NCBI RefSeq assembly: GCF_902826855.1 | Contig: NZ_CADEGK010000005.1 | Location: 1 to 60,664 of the forward strand | DNA: 60,664 nucleotides | From: an uncultured Phenylobacterium sp. | GTDB lineage: Bacteria > Pseudomonadota > Alphaproteobacteria > Caulobacterales > Caulobacteraceae | Direction: 5' to 3' | Shown: positions 1-10,303 of the stretch, piece after piece | How the letters are laid out: the number at the start of each line of letters is the position of its first letter | Position numbering within the stretch: the first letter of the stretch is position 1 | The notes under the pieces: generated by a model | What the model was told of the DNA's origin: nothing | Database searches by the model: none | The model's input: the letters and a program-made list of their open reading frames with translations, nothing else | Position numbers and translations under genes: made by a program

Positions 1-730
<730 letters not shown>

Positions 731-824
731 CTAGTGAAGCGCCCGAGGAAAAGCGACGCCCCCGGTTAGATGGAGATTCTTGCTGGCTCCGCTTTCCCTT
801 CACGGAAGCCAGCGTCGAGAGCCG

Positions 825-852
825 ATATGGGGGAATTTGCCGGGGCTGCAAG
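825..852 (-). promoter_or_regulatory. RpoH (sigma32)-type promoter of dnaK
   Basis: Minus strand CTTG-N16-CCCCATAT about 140 nt upstream of the dnaK ATG; matches the heat-shock promoter consensus. Confidence 0.8.
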
Positions 853-884
853 GGTGAATGTCCCCAATCGTAGCAGGGACATGC

Positions 885-1343
885 TCAGCGGCGCCGCCGC
901 CAATGGACGCTGGCACCGTCGTAGAGCTCCGGCGGGTGCGGCGCCACGCCGCCGCGGGAAAGCCGGAACGCGTCCTCCACCACCATGGCCTGCTGCTCGA
1001 TGTTCATGGCCGGAAACGCGAGCCCGCTCGTCAGGTCGTAGGCATAGGACGCGGCGCTGTCGCCGGCCATCAGCTTGGCCAGCAGCAGCGCGACCCCGTT
1101 CTGCGCCTGCCAGACGTGAGTCAGCTCATGGACGAAGGTCGCCTGATCGTCGAGCGGCGTGGCGGGATCGGCGAAATCGGTTCGCGCCGCCGGGGCCGGC
1201 CAGACCATCAGCCGCCTGCCCGGCACGAACGCGCGGCCCCAGGCGGGTATGGCAAGAATCCAAACGCGGGCCGCGTCCAGCCCGCCCGCGAACACCTCTG
1301 CGGCCAGGGCGCGCTCGCCGGCCGTCAGGCGACGGAACGACAT
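885..1343 (-). CDS. Small HExxH (zincin-like) hypothetical protein
   Basis: MSFRRLTAGERALA...TFVHELTHVWQ...NIEQQA; HExxH motif plus downstream Glu; start uncertain (1343/1352). Confidence 0.75.
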   Translation of the reverse strand: MSFRRLTAGERALAAEVFAGGLDAARVWILAIPAWGRAFVPGRRLMVWPAPAARTDFADPATPLDDQATFVHELTHVWQAQNGVALLLAKLMAGDSAASYAYDLTSGLAFPAMNIEQQAMVVEDAFRLSRGGVAPHPPELYDGASVHWRRRR

Positions 1344-1425
1344 GGGCGGCATGAGGCCTGTCAACGAGGTCTCCGGGATATGGTCATCCGCGGCTCGGTG
1401 GCGCGGTAGCTACAAGGCGACGCCG

Positions 1426-1836
1426 CTAGAACACCGGCTCTTCCACCTTCGGCGGCGGAGGTGGCGGGGTCGCTGCGGCGGGCGCTTCGACCGCGGCGGG
1501 CGGGGCGGCGCTTGTGGCGGGCGCGACGGGCATGACGCCGGCCGCCTCGGCCTTGGCGATGGCGGCGGCCTCCTTGGCCTCCTTCTCCTCCGCCAGCCGG
1601 GCCTTCTCCTCGTCGGAGACCTCGGGCGGCGGGGGCGGTCCCTCGATCCGCTCGTCGGTAAGCGGGGTCGCGTCCTGGGCCTGGATCACCTGGCTGGTCA
1701 CCCCGGTCGCGCGTTCGCCAGGCAACTTGCCGCGTGACGGCGCGGTGGCGACGCCGAGCGCGAAGGCGCCGACGCAGATCGCCACCAGGACGGCGGCGAC
1801 CACCTGCAGGACGGGGCGGGGCATGGACCAGTTCAT
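1426..1836 (-). CDS. Hypothetical single-pass membrane protein with Pro/Ala-rich tail
   Basis: N-terminal hydrophobic helix VLQVVAAVLVAICVGAFALGV, host-like codon use. Confidence 0.7.
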   Translation of the reverse strand: MNWSMPRPVLQVVAAVLVAICVGAFALGVATAPSRGKLPGERATGVTSQVIQAQDATPLTDERIEGPPPPPEVSDEEKARLAEEKEAKEAAAIAKAEAAGVMPVAPATSAAPPAAVEAPAAATPPPPPPKVEEPVF

Positions 1837-1899
1837 GGGCGGGAACCTAGTCCGCCTGCTTCCCCCGCGAAAGGTGCAAGCCGCGGCAGGCAATCACGG

Positions 1900-1915
1900 T
1901 AAACGCATGATTAAC
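1900..1915. promoter_or_regulatory. CtrA-box-like site upstream of ftsK
   Basis: TAAA-cgcatga-TTAAC, one mismatch to TTAA-N7-TTAAC, in a divergent intergenic region. Confidence 0.5.
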
Positions 1916-1963
1916 AGTCGCTGGCCCAGGATGGCCGGATCAGTGCTTCGGAGAGTGTGACGG

Positions 1964-4309
1964 ATGGCGCGGGCGGCGCGGAAAACCGGGTGGGAGCTGG
2001 CCGCCCACATCGCCAAGCTCGCCTGGAGCCACCCGGCCACGGCGCGCCTGCGCGGGGGCGTGACCGCGGCCTTCGGCGCCGCACTCGCCGCCGCCTTCGC
2101 CACCTACGATCCCACCGACGCCAGCCTGAACGCCGCCGGGACAGGCGCGCCGGGCAACGCCCTGGGCGGGGCGGGGGCGGTTCTGGCCGACATGGCCATC
2201 CAGTCCTTGGGCGTGGGCGCAGGCCTGGCCGCCCTCCTGATCGTCACCAGCGGCCTCAGCCGGGCCGCCGACCCCGAGCCGGACGTGAACCGCGGCCGCC
2301 TCCGCCGGCGCGCCGCCCTTGGCGCCCTGGGCGTCCTGGCGCTGGCCGGCGCCCTGGCCTGGGCCCCGCCGCCGGCGGCCTGGCCGCTGGCCCGCCGGCT
2401 CGGGGGCTTCTGGGGCGACGCGCTGCTCTCGGGCCTGGGCGGCCTGGTGGAGTATGCGCGCCTGCCGTGGGGGGTGATCATCGCAGGCTCGATCCTGACC
2501 TTCGCTGGGATCCTGGCCTACGGCTATGGGCTGGGGCTGTCCCGTGTCGACCTGCGCGGCATCGCCAACGGCATGACCCATGCGCTGACGCCGAAGCCCA
2601 GGCTGAAGGCCGCCCGACCGGAGCCGCGCACCAAGGTCGGCCGCCGCAAGGGACTGGATCCCGTGATTCCCGAGGCTGCCCTTGATCCGGAGCCCGCAGT
2701 CACAACTGAGGCGGCAGGCCCCACTGTAAAGGCGCCCAAGTTCGCGCCCAAGGAGAGCGTGCGCGAGCAGAAGGAAGCCCAGTCCACCTTCGCCTTCGCC
2801 CAGGAGGGCGGCTTCAAGCTGCCGGAACTGGGAATGCTGACCAAGGCGCCGGCCCGCGCCGCCCAATACGACGAAGGCGCGCTGCGCCAGAACGCCCAGT
2901 TGCTGGAGAGCGTGCTGGCGGAGTTCGGCGTGCGCGGCCAGGTGGACCAGATCCGCCCCGGCCCGGTGGTCACGCTCTACGAGCTGGTCCCGGCCGCCGG
3001 CGTGAAGTCGGCCCGGGTCGTGGCGCTGAGCGACGACATCGCGCGCTCCATGAGCGTGGCCTCGGCCCGTGTATCGGTAGTGCCGGGCCGAAACGCCATC
3101 GGCATCGAGTTGCCCAACCAGCGCCGCGAGACGGTCTACCTGCGCGACCTGCTGGCGGCGCCGGAGTACGAGCGCGGCGGCCAGTCGGTGCCCGTGGCTC
3201 TGGGCGAGACCATCGGGGGCGAGCCCTACATTGCCGACCTGGCCAAGATGCCTCACCTGCTGATCGCCGGGACCACCGGCTCGGGCAAGTCGGTGGGCGT
3301 CAACGCCATGATCCTGTCGATCCTCTACAAGCTGCCGCCCGAGCAGTGCCGCCTGATCATGATCGACCCGAAGATGCTGGAGCTGTCGGTCTACGACGGC
3401 ATTCCGCATCTGCTCGCGCCGGTGGTCACCGACCCCAAGAAGGCCATCGTCGCGCTGAAGTGGACGGTCCGCGAGATGGAGGACCGCTACCGCCGGATGT
3501 CGAAGATCGGCGTGCGCAACGTGGCCTCCTACAACGAGCGCGCCCGCGAAGCGCTGGCCAAGGGCGAGCACTTCGAGCGGACGGTCCAGACCGGCTTCGA
3601 CGAAGCCGGCCGCGCCACCTATGAGAGCGAGAAGATCCGGCCCGAGCCGATGCCGTACCTGGTGGTGATCATCGACGAGGTCGCCGACCTGATGATGGTG
3701 GCCGGCAAGGACATCGAGGGCGCGGTCCAGCGACTGGCGCAGATGGCGCGGGCGGCCGGCATCCACCTGATCATGGCCACGCAACGCCCGTCGGTGGACG
3801 TGATCACCGGAACGATCAAGGCCAACTTCCCGACCCGGATCAGCTTCCAGGTCACCTCCAAGATCGACAGCCGCACCATCCTGGGCGAGCAGGGCGCCGA
3901 GCAGCTGCTGGGCCAGGGCGACATGCTCTACATGGCCGGCGGCGGGCGCATCACCCGCCTGCACGGCCCGTTCGTCAGCGACGGAGAGGTCGAGGCGGTC
4001 GCCAAGTTCCTGCGCGACCAGGGCACGCCCAGCTATCTCGACGAGGTCACTGCGGGCGGCGACGAGGAGGACGGCGACGAGAGTGCGTTCGGCGCGGGCG
4101 GGGACAGCGACGCCGGCAACGACCTCTACGACCGCGCCGTGGCCGTCGTCACGCGCGACGGCAAGGCCTCGACCAGCTACATCCAGCGCCGCCTGCAGAT
4201 CGGCTACAACCGCGCCGCCTCGCTGATGGAGCGCATGGAGCAGGAGGGCGTGGTCGGCCCGGCGAACCACGCCGGCAAGCGCGAGATCCTGGTCTCGGCG
4301 GCGCCCTGA
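1964..4309 (+). CDS. ftsK: DNA translocase FtsK
   Basis: N-terminal TM segments, [14 protein letters not shown] Walker [10 protein letters not shown] Walker [11 protein letters not shown]-terminal gamma domain ([17 protein letters not shown]). Confidence 0.97.
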   Translation: MARAARKTGWELAAHIAKLAWSHPATARLRGGVTAAFGAALAAAFATYDPTDASLNAAGTGAPGNALGGAGAVLADMAIQSLGVGAGLAALLIVTSGLSRAADPEPDVNRGRLRRRAALGALGVLALAGALAWAPPPAAWPLARRLGGFWGDALLSGLGGLVEYARLPWGVIIAGSILTFAGILAYGYGLGLSRVDLRGIANGMTHALTPKPRLKAARPEPRTKVGRRKGLDPVIPEAALDPEPAVTTEAAGPTVKAPKFAPKESVREQKEAQSTFAFAQEGGFKLPELGMLTKAPARAAQYDEGALRQNAQLLESVLAEFGVRGQVDQIRPGPVVTLYELVPAAGVKSARVVALSDDIARSMSVASARVSVVPGRNAIGIELPNQRRETVYLRDLLAAPEYERGGQSVPVALGETIGGEPYIADLAKMPHLLIAGTTGSGKSVGVNAMILSILYKLPPEQCRLIMIDPKMLELSVYDGIPHLLAPVVTDPKKAIVALKWTVREMEDRYRRMSKIGVRNVASYNERAREALAKGEHFERTVQTGFDEAGRATYESEKIRPEPMPYLVVIIDEVADLMMVAGKDIEGAVQRLAQMARAAGIHLIMATQRPSVDVITGTIKANFPTRISFQVTSKIDSRTILGEQGAEQLLGQGDMLYMAGGGRITRLHGPFVSDGEVEAVAKFLRDQGTPSYLDEVTAGGDEEDGDESAFGAGGDSDAGNDLYDRAVAVVTRDGKASTSYIQRRLQIGYNRAASLMERMEQEGVVGPANHAGKREILVSAAP

Positions 4310-4320
4310 GGTCCTGTAGG

Positions 4321-4569
4321 CTAGCGCTTGCCGCGCGCTGGCTTGTGTCCGGTGGTCATCGGGTCGGGCTTCTTCGGCAGGCGCCGACGCTGGTCAGCGC
4401 CGACGTATCGCTCCTGGCTTGAGCCCAGGCCCATGCGGCCGGGCTGCTGCTCGCGCAGGTTCGACTGGCCGGTCCGAATCCGCTCGATCGCATCGCGTAG
4501 CAATTCGGCGGTTTCCGTGTCGCCGGCCTCGGCGGCTTCGCGCATCCGGCGCTGCAGGTCCTCGATCAT
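4321..4569 (-). CDS. Small UvrB/UvrC (UVR) motif-containing protein
   Basis: IEDLQRRMREAAEAGDTETAELLRDAIERIR resembles the UVR coiled-coil motif. Confidence 0.65.
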   Translation of the reverse strand: MIEDLQRRMREAAEAGDTETAELLRDAIERIRTGQSNLREQQPGRMGLGSSQERYVGADQRRRLPKKPDPMTTGHKPARGKR

Positions 4570-4663
4570 GGCTACGGGAACGTCCCTCCGCGCCGCGGCG
4601 TTGCCTTCGGCCCTATTGCCGCCGCCCTGGCGCGATAGGTTAGGGACGGGTTACGGAGCAAGC

Positions 4664-5299
4664 ATGAGCCTTACACGACGCAGCCTCGCCCTGGCGCTGG
4701 CCGCCGCCCCGGTAGCGGCGCCCGCATGGGCGCAGGCGGGGCTGACGCCGCAGGAGCAGGCGTTGGTCGCCCGCGCGGTAGCCTATCTGGAGGGCCTCAC
4801 GGAGGCGCAGGCGAAGTTCGTCCAGACCGACGCACGCGGCCGCTCGACGTCCGGCCAGCTCTACCTGAAGCGGCCTGGCAAGGCCCGGTTCGCCTACGAC
4901 CCGCCCTCGGGCCTGCTGGTGGTGTCGGACGGCGGCCTCGTATCGGTGCAGGACAAGCGGCTGAAGACCTTCGAGTCCTATCCGCTGGGCGTCACGCCGC
5001 TCAGCCTCTTCCTGGCCAGGACCATCCGCCTGGACAAGGGGGTGCAGGTGACCCGCGTGGCGCGGATGTCCGACGGCTTCGCGATCACCGCCCGCGACGG
5101 CCGCAAGGAGACCGCCGGGACCATCACCCTGACCTTCACCGACAATCCGGTCGCCCTGGCCGGCTGGACAGTGACCGATGCCCAGAGCCGGCCCACCCGC
5201 GTGCAGCTGGTCGGGCTTCAACGCGCCTCGGGCCTCGATAAGTCATTGTTCGTGTTGAAGGACCCTCGCCCCAAGAATGTCGGCCGAGGAAAAGTCTAG
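4664..5299 (+). CDS. lolA: Outer-membrane lipoprotein carrier LolA family protein
   Basis: Signal peptide (MSLTRRSLALALAAAP...AWA), FVQ...G.LYLKRPGKARFAY...VVSDG, TPL motif; follows ftsK. Confidence 0.9.
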   Translation: MSLTRRSLALALAAAPVAAPAWAQAGLTPQEQALVARAVAYLEGLTEAQAKFVQTDARGRSTSGQLYLKRPGKARFAYDPPSGLLVVSDGGLVSVQDKRLKTFESYPLGVTPLSLFLARTIRLDKGVQVTRVARMSDGFAITARDGRKETAGTITLTFTDNPVALAGWTVTDAQSRPTRVQLVGLQRASGLDKSLFVLKDPRPKNVGRGKV

Positions 5300-5352
5300 A
5301 TCGTCAAAAGTGTGCCATTCACACCACATGCAAGCTTAACTATGAAAGATCT

Positions 5353-5381
5353 TTGACAAAAGGTCTCTGTGTGGCGATATT
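5353..5381 (+). promoter_or_regulatory. Sigma70-type promoter of candidate sRNA
   Basis: TTGACA (5353-5358), 17-nt spacer, GATATT (5376-5381). Confidence 0.65.
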
Positions 5382-5387
5382 GCCACT

Positions 5388-5506
5388 ACGTCGTTCGCGC
5401 GCCGGTCGTGCGGACGGAATCCGTGCCGGACCCAATCCCCTCCCGGCGGCGGCATGAGAGACAACTAAAACAGCCCGGGCGCACCCATGCGCCCGGGCTT
5501 TCTTTC
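5388..5506 (+). ncRNA. Candidate ~120-nt small RNA (three stem-loops, anti-SD-like loop)
   Basis: Lies between the promoter and an intrinsic terminator; hairpin GUUCGCGCG/CGUGCGGAC; hairpin GCCGG-ACCCAAUCCCCUC-CCGGC; no credible ORF; 5' end estimated from promoter spacing. Confidence 0.65.
5472..5506 (+). terminator. Rho-independent terminator
   Basis: AGCCCGGGCGCA-ccca-TGCGCCCGGGCT followed by TTCTTT. Confidence 0.85.
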
Positions 5507-5562
5507 ACTGGAGAGGCCCGTGGCGCGGAAGCGCGGCGGCTCTTCTTCGTCTAGACAGACCC

Positions 5563-6369
5563 ATGCGTCTTCGAATCTGCACCTGGAACGTCAACTCCGT
5601 TCGCCTGCGCGCCGAGCAGGCCGCTCGCTTCGTGGCGGAGCAGGCGCCGGACGTGCTGTGCCTGCAGGAGATCAAGTGCCGTGAAGGCGAGTTCCCGGTG
5701 AACGCCTTCAAGGAGATGGGGCTGCCGCACCTGAGGATCGCCGGCCAGAAGGGCTGGCACGGGGTGGCGATCGCCTCGCGCCTGCCCCTGGACCCCGCCC
5801 CGCCGCTGCAGGTCTGCCGCGAGGGCCACGCCCGCTGCGTCGGGGCCACGGTGGCCGGGGTGGAGATCCACAACTTCTACATCCCCGCCGGCGGGGATGC
5901 GCCCGACCGCGAGGCGAACCCCAAGTTCGACCACAAGCTGGACTTCTACGAGAAGCTCACGGCCGAACTGTCCCGCCGCGACCCCAAGGCGCCCCTGGCC
6001 ATAGTCGGCGATCTGAACGTGGCGCCGGGCGAGTTCGACGTCTGGAACCACAAGTACATGTCGCGGATCGTCAGCCACACGCCGGCCGAGGTGGCGGCGT
6101 TCCGCGCCCTGGAGGCGTCGCTGGGCTTCATCGACCTGACCCGGGCCATGACGCCAGAGCCGCAGAAGCTGGCCTCCTGGTGGAGCTACCGCGCCCAGGA
6201 TTTCCGCCTGTCCAACCGCGGCCTGAGGCTGGACCACATCCTGGTGACGCCCGGCCTGCGAGACGCCGCCTGGCGCCTCGGCGCGCCGGCCAGCCGCGTC
6301 CACGACGACGTGCGCGCCTGGGAACGCCCCAGCGACCACGCGCCCGTGAGCGCGGACCTGGTGCTTTAG
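5563..6369 (+). CDS. xth: Exodeoxyribonuclease III family (AP endonuclease)
   Basis: TWNVNSVR, LCLQEIK, GDLNVAP, GLRLDHIL, PSDHAP motifs. Confidence 0.95.
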   Translation: MRLRICTWNVNSVRLRAEQAARFVAEQAPDVLCLQEIKCREGEFPVNAFKEMGLPHLRIAGQKGWHGVAIASRLPLDPAPPLQVCREGHARCVGATVAGVEIHNFYIPAGGDAPDREANPKFDHKLDFYEKLTAELSRRDPKAPLAIVGDLNVAPGEFDVWNHKYMSRIVSHTPAEVAAFRALEASLGFIDLTRAMTPEPQKLASWWSYRAQDFRLSNRGLRLDHILVTPGLRDAAWRLGAPASRVHDDVRAWERPSDHAPVSADLVL

Positions 6370-6430
6370 GGGGGTGGGTCTGGCTCGCGCGGAGCTGGCT
6401 GCGCGGTGCGCGCCGCAGGCGCTGCGTTTC

Positions 6431-6532
6431 AACACCAAGACCACCAAGACCACCAAGACCACCAAGCGATCGGGGCAGTCGTTGGCTGCGGAGCTTCCCC
6501 GGCCTCTTCGTGGTCCTGGTGGTCTTGGTGTT
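6431..6532. repeat. Extragenic palindromic element built from 9-bp CACCAAGAC units
   Basis: Three tandem CACCAAGAC plus a partial copy (6433-6466) and an inverted arm CTCTTCGTGGTCCTGGTGGTCTTGGTGTT (6504-6532) between convergent genes. Confidence 0.85.
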
Positions 6533-6579
6533 TCAATCGGCGAGCTCTCTGTGGTTCGAGTGCGACGCCTGCGGCGTGT

Positions 6580-7470
6580 CTAAGCGACCGCCATCTCCTC
6601 AGGGATCACGTCGACCTCGACCGTCAGGTTCTGGTCACGGGCGCCCAGGATGATGCCGTCGATGGGCGCGACGTCGGAGTAGTCGCGCCCGACGCCCAGC
6701 TCGATGTGGTCGTTCTGGGCGAGGATGGCGTTGGTTGGGTCGAAGCCGACCCAGCCGACGTCCTTGCCGCACCAGACGGTGACCCAGGCGTGGGTCGCGT
6801 CGGCGCCCTCCAGCCGCGGCTGGCCCGGCGGTGGGATGGTGCGCAGGTATCCCGAGATGTAGCTGGTCGGCAGGCCCAGGCCGCGCAGGCCGCAAATCAT
6901 GATGTGCGCGAAGTCCTGGCAGACTCCGTGGCGGGCCTTGAACGCCTCCAGCACCGGGGTGGAGACCTCGGTCGCGCCGGGGTCGTATTTGAATTCGCGG
7001 TGGATGCGGCGCATCAGGTCCGAGACCGCCTCGATGATCGGCCGACCAGGCGGGAAGCTGGCGCGCGCATACTCGGTGATCTCGGCCAGCTTGGGGGTGC
7101 GCCGGGTCGGATAGAGGAACACGGCCGGTCCGTTGGCCTCCATGCCCGTCGAGGCGAAGGCCGCGGCGCGGACCTGCTCCCACGGCAGGCTGGCCGAGGC
7201 GTCGGGCAGCGGCGGCGCGTGGACGTCGACGCGGGAGTTTGCCTCGATGACCAGGGTCTCGTGGCGCTTGTCGATCAGCACCGTGACCATGACCTCGCCG
7301 AACGGGCCCAGGCGCTCGTCGCGCAGCGTGGGGGCCGGGGTGACGGTCAGCTGGGTCGTCAACACCGTCTGGCCGGGCGAGGAATTGGGGGTGAGCCGCA
7401 GGACGCAGCGGGCAAAGCTGACCGTGTTGCCGTAGTTGTAGGTGGTGCGGTGACGCAGGGTGTAGATCAC
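6580..7470 (-). CDS. Transglutaminase-like protein with N-terminal bacterial transglutaminase domain
   Basis: MIYTLRHRTTYNY..., catalytic GVCQDFAH, HAW, FDPTN, GRDYSDVAP. Confidence 0.93.
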   Translation of the reverse strand: MIYTLRHRTTYNYGNTVSFARCVLRLTPNSSPGQTVLTTQLTVTPAPTLRDERLGPFGEVMVTVLIDKRHETLVIEANSRVDVHAPPLPDASASLPWEQVRAAAFASTGMEANGPAVFLYPTRRTPKLAEITEYARASFPPGRPIIEAVSDLMRRIHREFKYDPGATEVSTPVLEAFKARHGVCQDFAHIMICGLRGLGLPTSYISGYLRTIPPPGQPRLEGADATHAWVTVWCGKDVGWVGFDPTNAILAQNDHIELGVGRDYSDVAPIDGIILGARDQNLTVEVDVIPEEMAVA

Positions 7471-10016
7471 GCGAGCCCCATCAGCTTGACGGTGGGAACG
7501 GCGGTGGCGCCCTGCAGGAAGAAGCGGTCTCCGATGGCGCCGGAGAAGGCCATCAGCGCTTCCTCCAGTTCCTCCACCTTGGCGGCGTTCAGCGCCGCGG
7601 CGTCGATGGTCTCCACCTGCGCGGCCAGCGGCAGCAGAATCCGCCCCGGCGCCTCCAGCATACCGTCTTCGTGCAGGGTCGGCAGGACGGCGAGGTGCTC
7701 CTTCAGCGCCTCGACCTGGAAGGCCAGGGAGCGGGTGTTGTACGGGTCCAGCATCACCATGTCGCGCACCGGCCCCAGCGCCAGGCCCACCAGGTAGCGG
7801 GCGCGGTAGCTGATCTGGCTGTCGGCCAGGTCGAGCAGGAGGTCCAGGTCGTCGGTGGTGGCGTCGTCATGGGCCAGCAGCCGGGTGAGCTGGCAGGTGT
7901 TCACGCCCCGCTCGATGCGCCGGCCCATGTCCAGGAAGCGCCAGCCGGCCACCCGGTTCATGTTCTCCTGGGTCATACCTGAGAGCGCGGCCACCACGCG
8001 CAGCGCGGCTTCAACGTGGCGCAGCGCCTGGGCCTCAGACGTGATCGCCTCGGTCCGGTTCGCGAGCGTCCCCTCCAGGTCGAGCAACAGGGCCCAGAAA
8101 TCGGCGCTGAGCCGCTCGCGCATGGACGACGCGGTGCGCTGGGCCGAGCGCACCAGGCTGACAACCGAGCCCCAGGACGACGTCTTGAGCAGGGCGTCAC
8201 GGGCGGCCACCGCGGTTGAACTGCCCGCCGCATCCTTTTCCAGGGCGCCCCAGTCGATCAGCACATGCTGCAGGTGGTCGTAGCTGTCGCCCGTGGCGCT
8301 GACGGCGCCCTCGGCGTCCATCAGGCTGGTGCAGAGCGCACGGACCAGGCGCAGGGTCGCCTCGGTGCGCTCCAGGTAGCGGCCCAGCCAGAACAGGTTG
8401 TCGGCGGCGCGGCTCGGCAGGTGGCCCAGGATGCGGCGGACCTTCACGTCCTCGCGGCTGGCCATCAGCGAGATGCGTTCCACCGGCTTGTCGTCGATCA
8501 CCCAGACGTCGGCGGTGTTGGCGCCCTCGCCCATTGAGATGGCGCGCACGTCGAGGCGGTCGGAGGTTCGGCAGAAGCCGCCGGGCATGATCTTGATGCC
8601 CTCCGGCGTGAAGGCCGCGAAGACGCGCAGCACGAAGGGGGCCGGCTCGAGGCGGCCGTCGCGCAGCACCGGCATGGTCGAGAGCTGCACCACCTCCTGG
8701 CCTACGAAGTCGACGGGACGGTCGGCCATGCGGCTGCGCACGCCGTCGCGCTCCTCGGGCGTCATGTCGCTGGTCAGCTTCGAGGCGGTGAGGCCCGCGC
8801 CCTGGATGCCGTTGAAGGCGGGGCCGAGCGCCAGATTGTCGAACTCCCGCAGCACACGCTCGTGCTCCCCGGGTTGGCCGCACCACCAGGTGGCGATGTT
8901 GGGCATCTTCAGGTCCTCGCCCAGCAGGCGGCGGCAGAGGCGCGGCAGGAAGCCGAGCAGCGCCTTGGACTCGATGACGCCGGAGCCGGGCATGTTCAAC
9001 ACCGTCACCCCGCCCTGGCGGATCGCCTCGAGCATGCCGGGCGTGCCCAGCCGCGACTGGCTGTTCAGTTCCAGCGGGTCGAGGAAATCGGCGTCGACGC
9101 GGCGGAGGATCGCGTCGGCCCGCTTCAGGCCCGCGATGGTGCGGACGTAGACCTTGCCCTCCCGGGCCACCAGGTCGTCGCCCTCCACCAGCAGGAAGCC
9201 CAGGTAGCGCGCAAGGTGTGCCTGCTCGAAATAGGTTTCCGAGAACCGTCCCGGGCTGAGCACGCAGATGCGCGGATCCTCACGCTCCGCCGCCTCGGAG
9301 AGCCCGCGACGCAGGCCGTCGAAGAAGGGCGCCAGGCGGTGGACGTTCATGGCGTTGTAGAGGTTCGGATAGGCTCGGCTGAGCACCAGCCGGTTCTCCA
9401 GCGCATAGCCCGCGCCGGACGGGGCCTGTGTGCGGTCGTCCAGCACCCACCAGCGGCCGTCGGGCCCACGGCCCAGGTCTGCGGCGTAGACGCCCATGTA
9501 GCGGCCGCCCGGCGGCTTCACCCCGCGCATCGCGCGAAGGAAGTCGATGGAGCCGGTGAGCGCGGCGGCCGGCAGGGCCCCCTCCGCCAGGAGACGGCCC
9601 TCGCCGTAGATGTCCTGCAACAAGGCCTCGACCAGCTCGGCGCGCTGGGTGACGCCGGCGGCGATCTCCTCCCACTCCTTCTGGTCCAGGATCAGCGGCA
9701 GCGGGTTCAGCGGCCATGTGCGCTCGTTCTCCTCGCCGTAGATGCGGTAGGAGGCGCCGCTGTCGCGGATATGGCGGTTGGCGAGGCCGAAGCGGGTCTT
9801 GAAATCTGCCTCTGGGTACTCTGCGAAGTCACCCAGGAAGGCCAGCCAGTGGTCGCGCGGCCGCCGCCCCGGATCGAACAGCTCGTCTGGCACGCCCCGC
9901 AGGGGATGGTAGCCCTTCAGCCAGCCCGACAGCCGGTGCGCCGCCGTCGGCTCCAGGTCCGCCCTGCGCTGCACCGCCGTGGATGTCTCCGCCGCCACGG
10001 TGTCGCTCTCCCTCAC
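7467..10016 (-). CDS. Circularly permuted type 2 ATP-grasp protein fused to alpha-E (DUF403) domain
   Basis: DRTQAPSGAGYALENR, YFEQAHLARYLG, MPGG; C-terminal SRAADNLFWLGRYLERTE and GRRIER (alpha-E ER motifs); start uncertain. Confidence 0.92.
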   Translation of the reverse strand: MRESDTVAAETSTAVQRRADLEPTAAHRLSGWLKGYHPLRGVPDELFDPGRRPRDHWLAFLGDFAEYPEADFKTRFGLANRHIRDSGASYRIYGEENERTWPLNPLPLILDQKEWEEIAAGVTQRAELVEALLQDIYGEGRLLAEGALPAAALTGSIDFLRAMRGVKPPGGRYMGVYAADLGRGPDGRWWVLDDRTQAPSGAGYALENRLVLSRAYPNLYNAMNVHRLAPFFDGLRRGLSEAAEREDPRICVLSPGRFSETYFEQAHLARYLGFLLVEGDDLVAREGKVYVRTIAGLKRADAILRRVDADFLDPLELNSQSRLGTPGMLEAIRQGGVTVLNMPGSGVIESKALLGFLPRLCRRLLGEDLKMPNIATWWCGQPGEHERVLREFDNLALGPAFNGIQGAGLTASKLTSDMTPEERDGVRSRMADRPVDFVGQEVVQLSTMPVLRDGRLEPAPFVLRVFAAFTPEGIKIMPGGFCRTSDRLDVRAISMGEGANTADVWVIDDKPVERISLMASREDVKVRRILGHLPSRAADNLFWLGRYLERTEATLRLVRALCTSLMDAEGAVSATGDSYDHLQHVLIDWGALEKDAAGSSTAVAARDALLKTSSWGSVVSLVRSAQRTASSMRERLSADFWALLLDLEGTLANRTEAITSEAQALRHVEAALRVVAALSGMTQENMNRVAGWRFLDMGRRIERGVNTCQLTRLLAHDDATTDDLDLLLDLADSQISYRARYLVGLALGPVRDMVMLDPYNTRSLAFQVEALKEHLAVLPTLHEDGMLEAPGRILLPLAAQVETIDAAALNAAKVEELEEALMAFSGAIGDRFFLQGATAVPTVKLMGLA

Positions 10017-10096
10017 CCGCCCGTGGGCACCATAGGCGCGCTAACGTGAATCGGTCACGTCCCACTTGCGGGAGCGGGACCACCAGGGCGCTTATG

Positions 10097-10113
10097 CGCA
10101 ATCTCCTGGCCGA
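10097..10113 (-). promoter_or_regulatory. Possible sigma54 (-24/-12) promoter for the ATP-grasp/transglutaminase operon
   Basis: Minus strand TCGGCCAGGAGATTGCG = GG-N10-GC with TTGC; deviates from TGGCAC. Confidence 0.3.
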
Positions 10114-10303
10114 GGCAGACTGGTCCGACAACACGGGCCATGCTGTCATGCCAATGCGCCACACCTCTGTTGCGGAGATGCAACTGTTCCCAAGGAAGCG
10201 ACCGGGTCCACCGCAAGCACACTGGATATGGTGACGCCGTAAGATATAGGCCTGCCCGCTAATTGGGCAGCGGCTCTCGCTGCAGTTGTACGGGGAGTCC
10301 ACA

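Noticed and set aside
1940-4270. Long antisense ORFs (776 aa here; also 10259-12892, 22996-25806, 29158-31176, 48351-50819)
   Set aside because: Shadow frames of real genes, expected from GC3 bias; only the last 132 aa of 22996-25806 is a real gene
6433-6466. Tandem 9-mers as a CRISPR array or as a coding TTK repeat (ORF 6374-6583)
   Set aside because: No spacers, unit too short, no cas genes; the ORF is a by-product of the repeat
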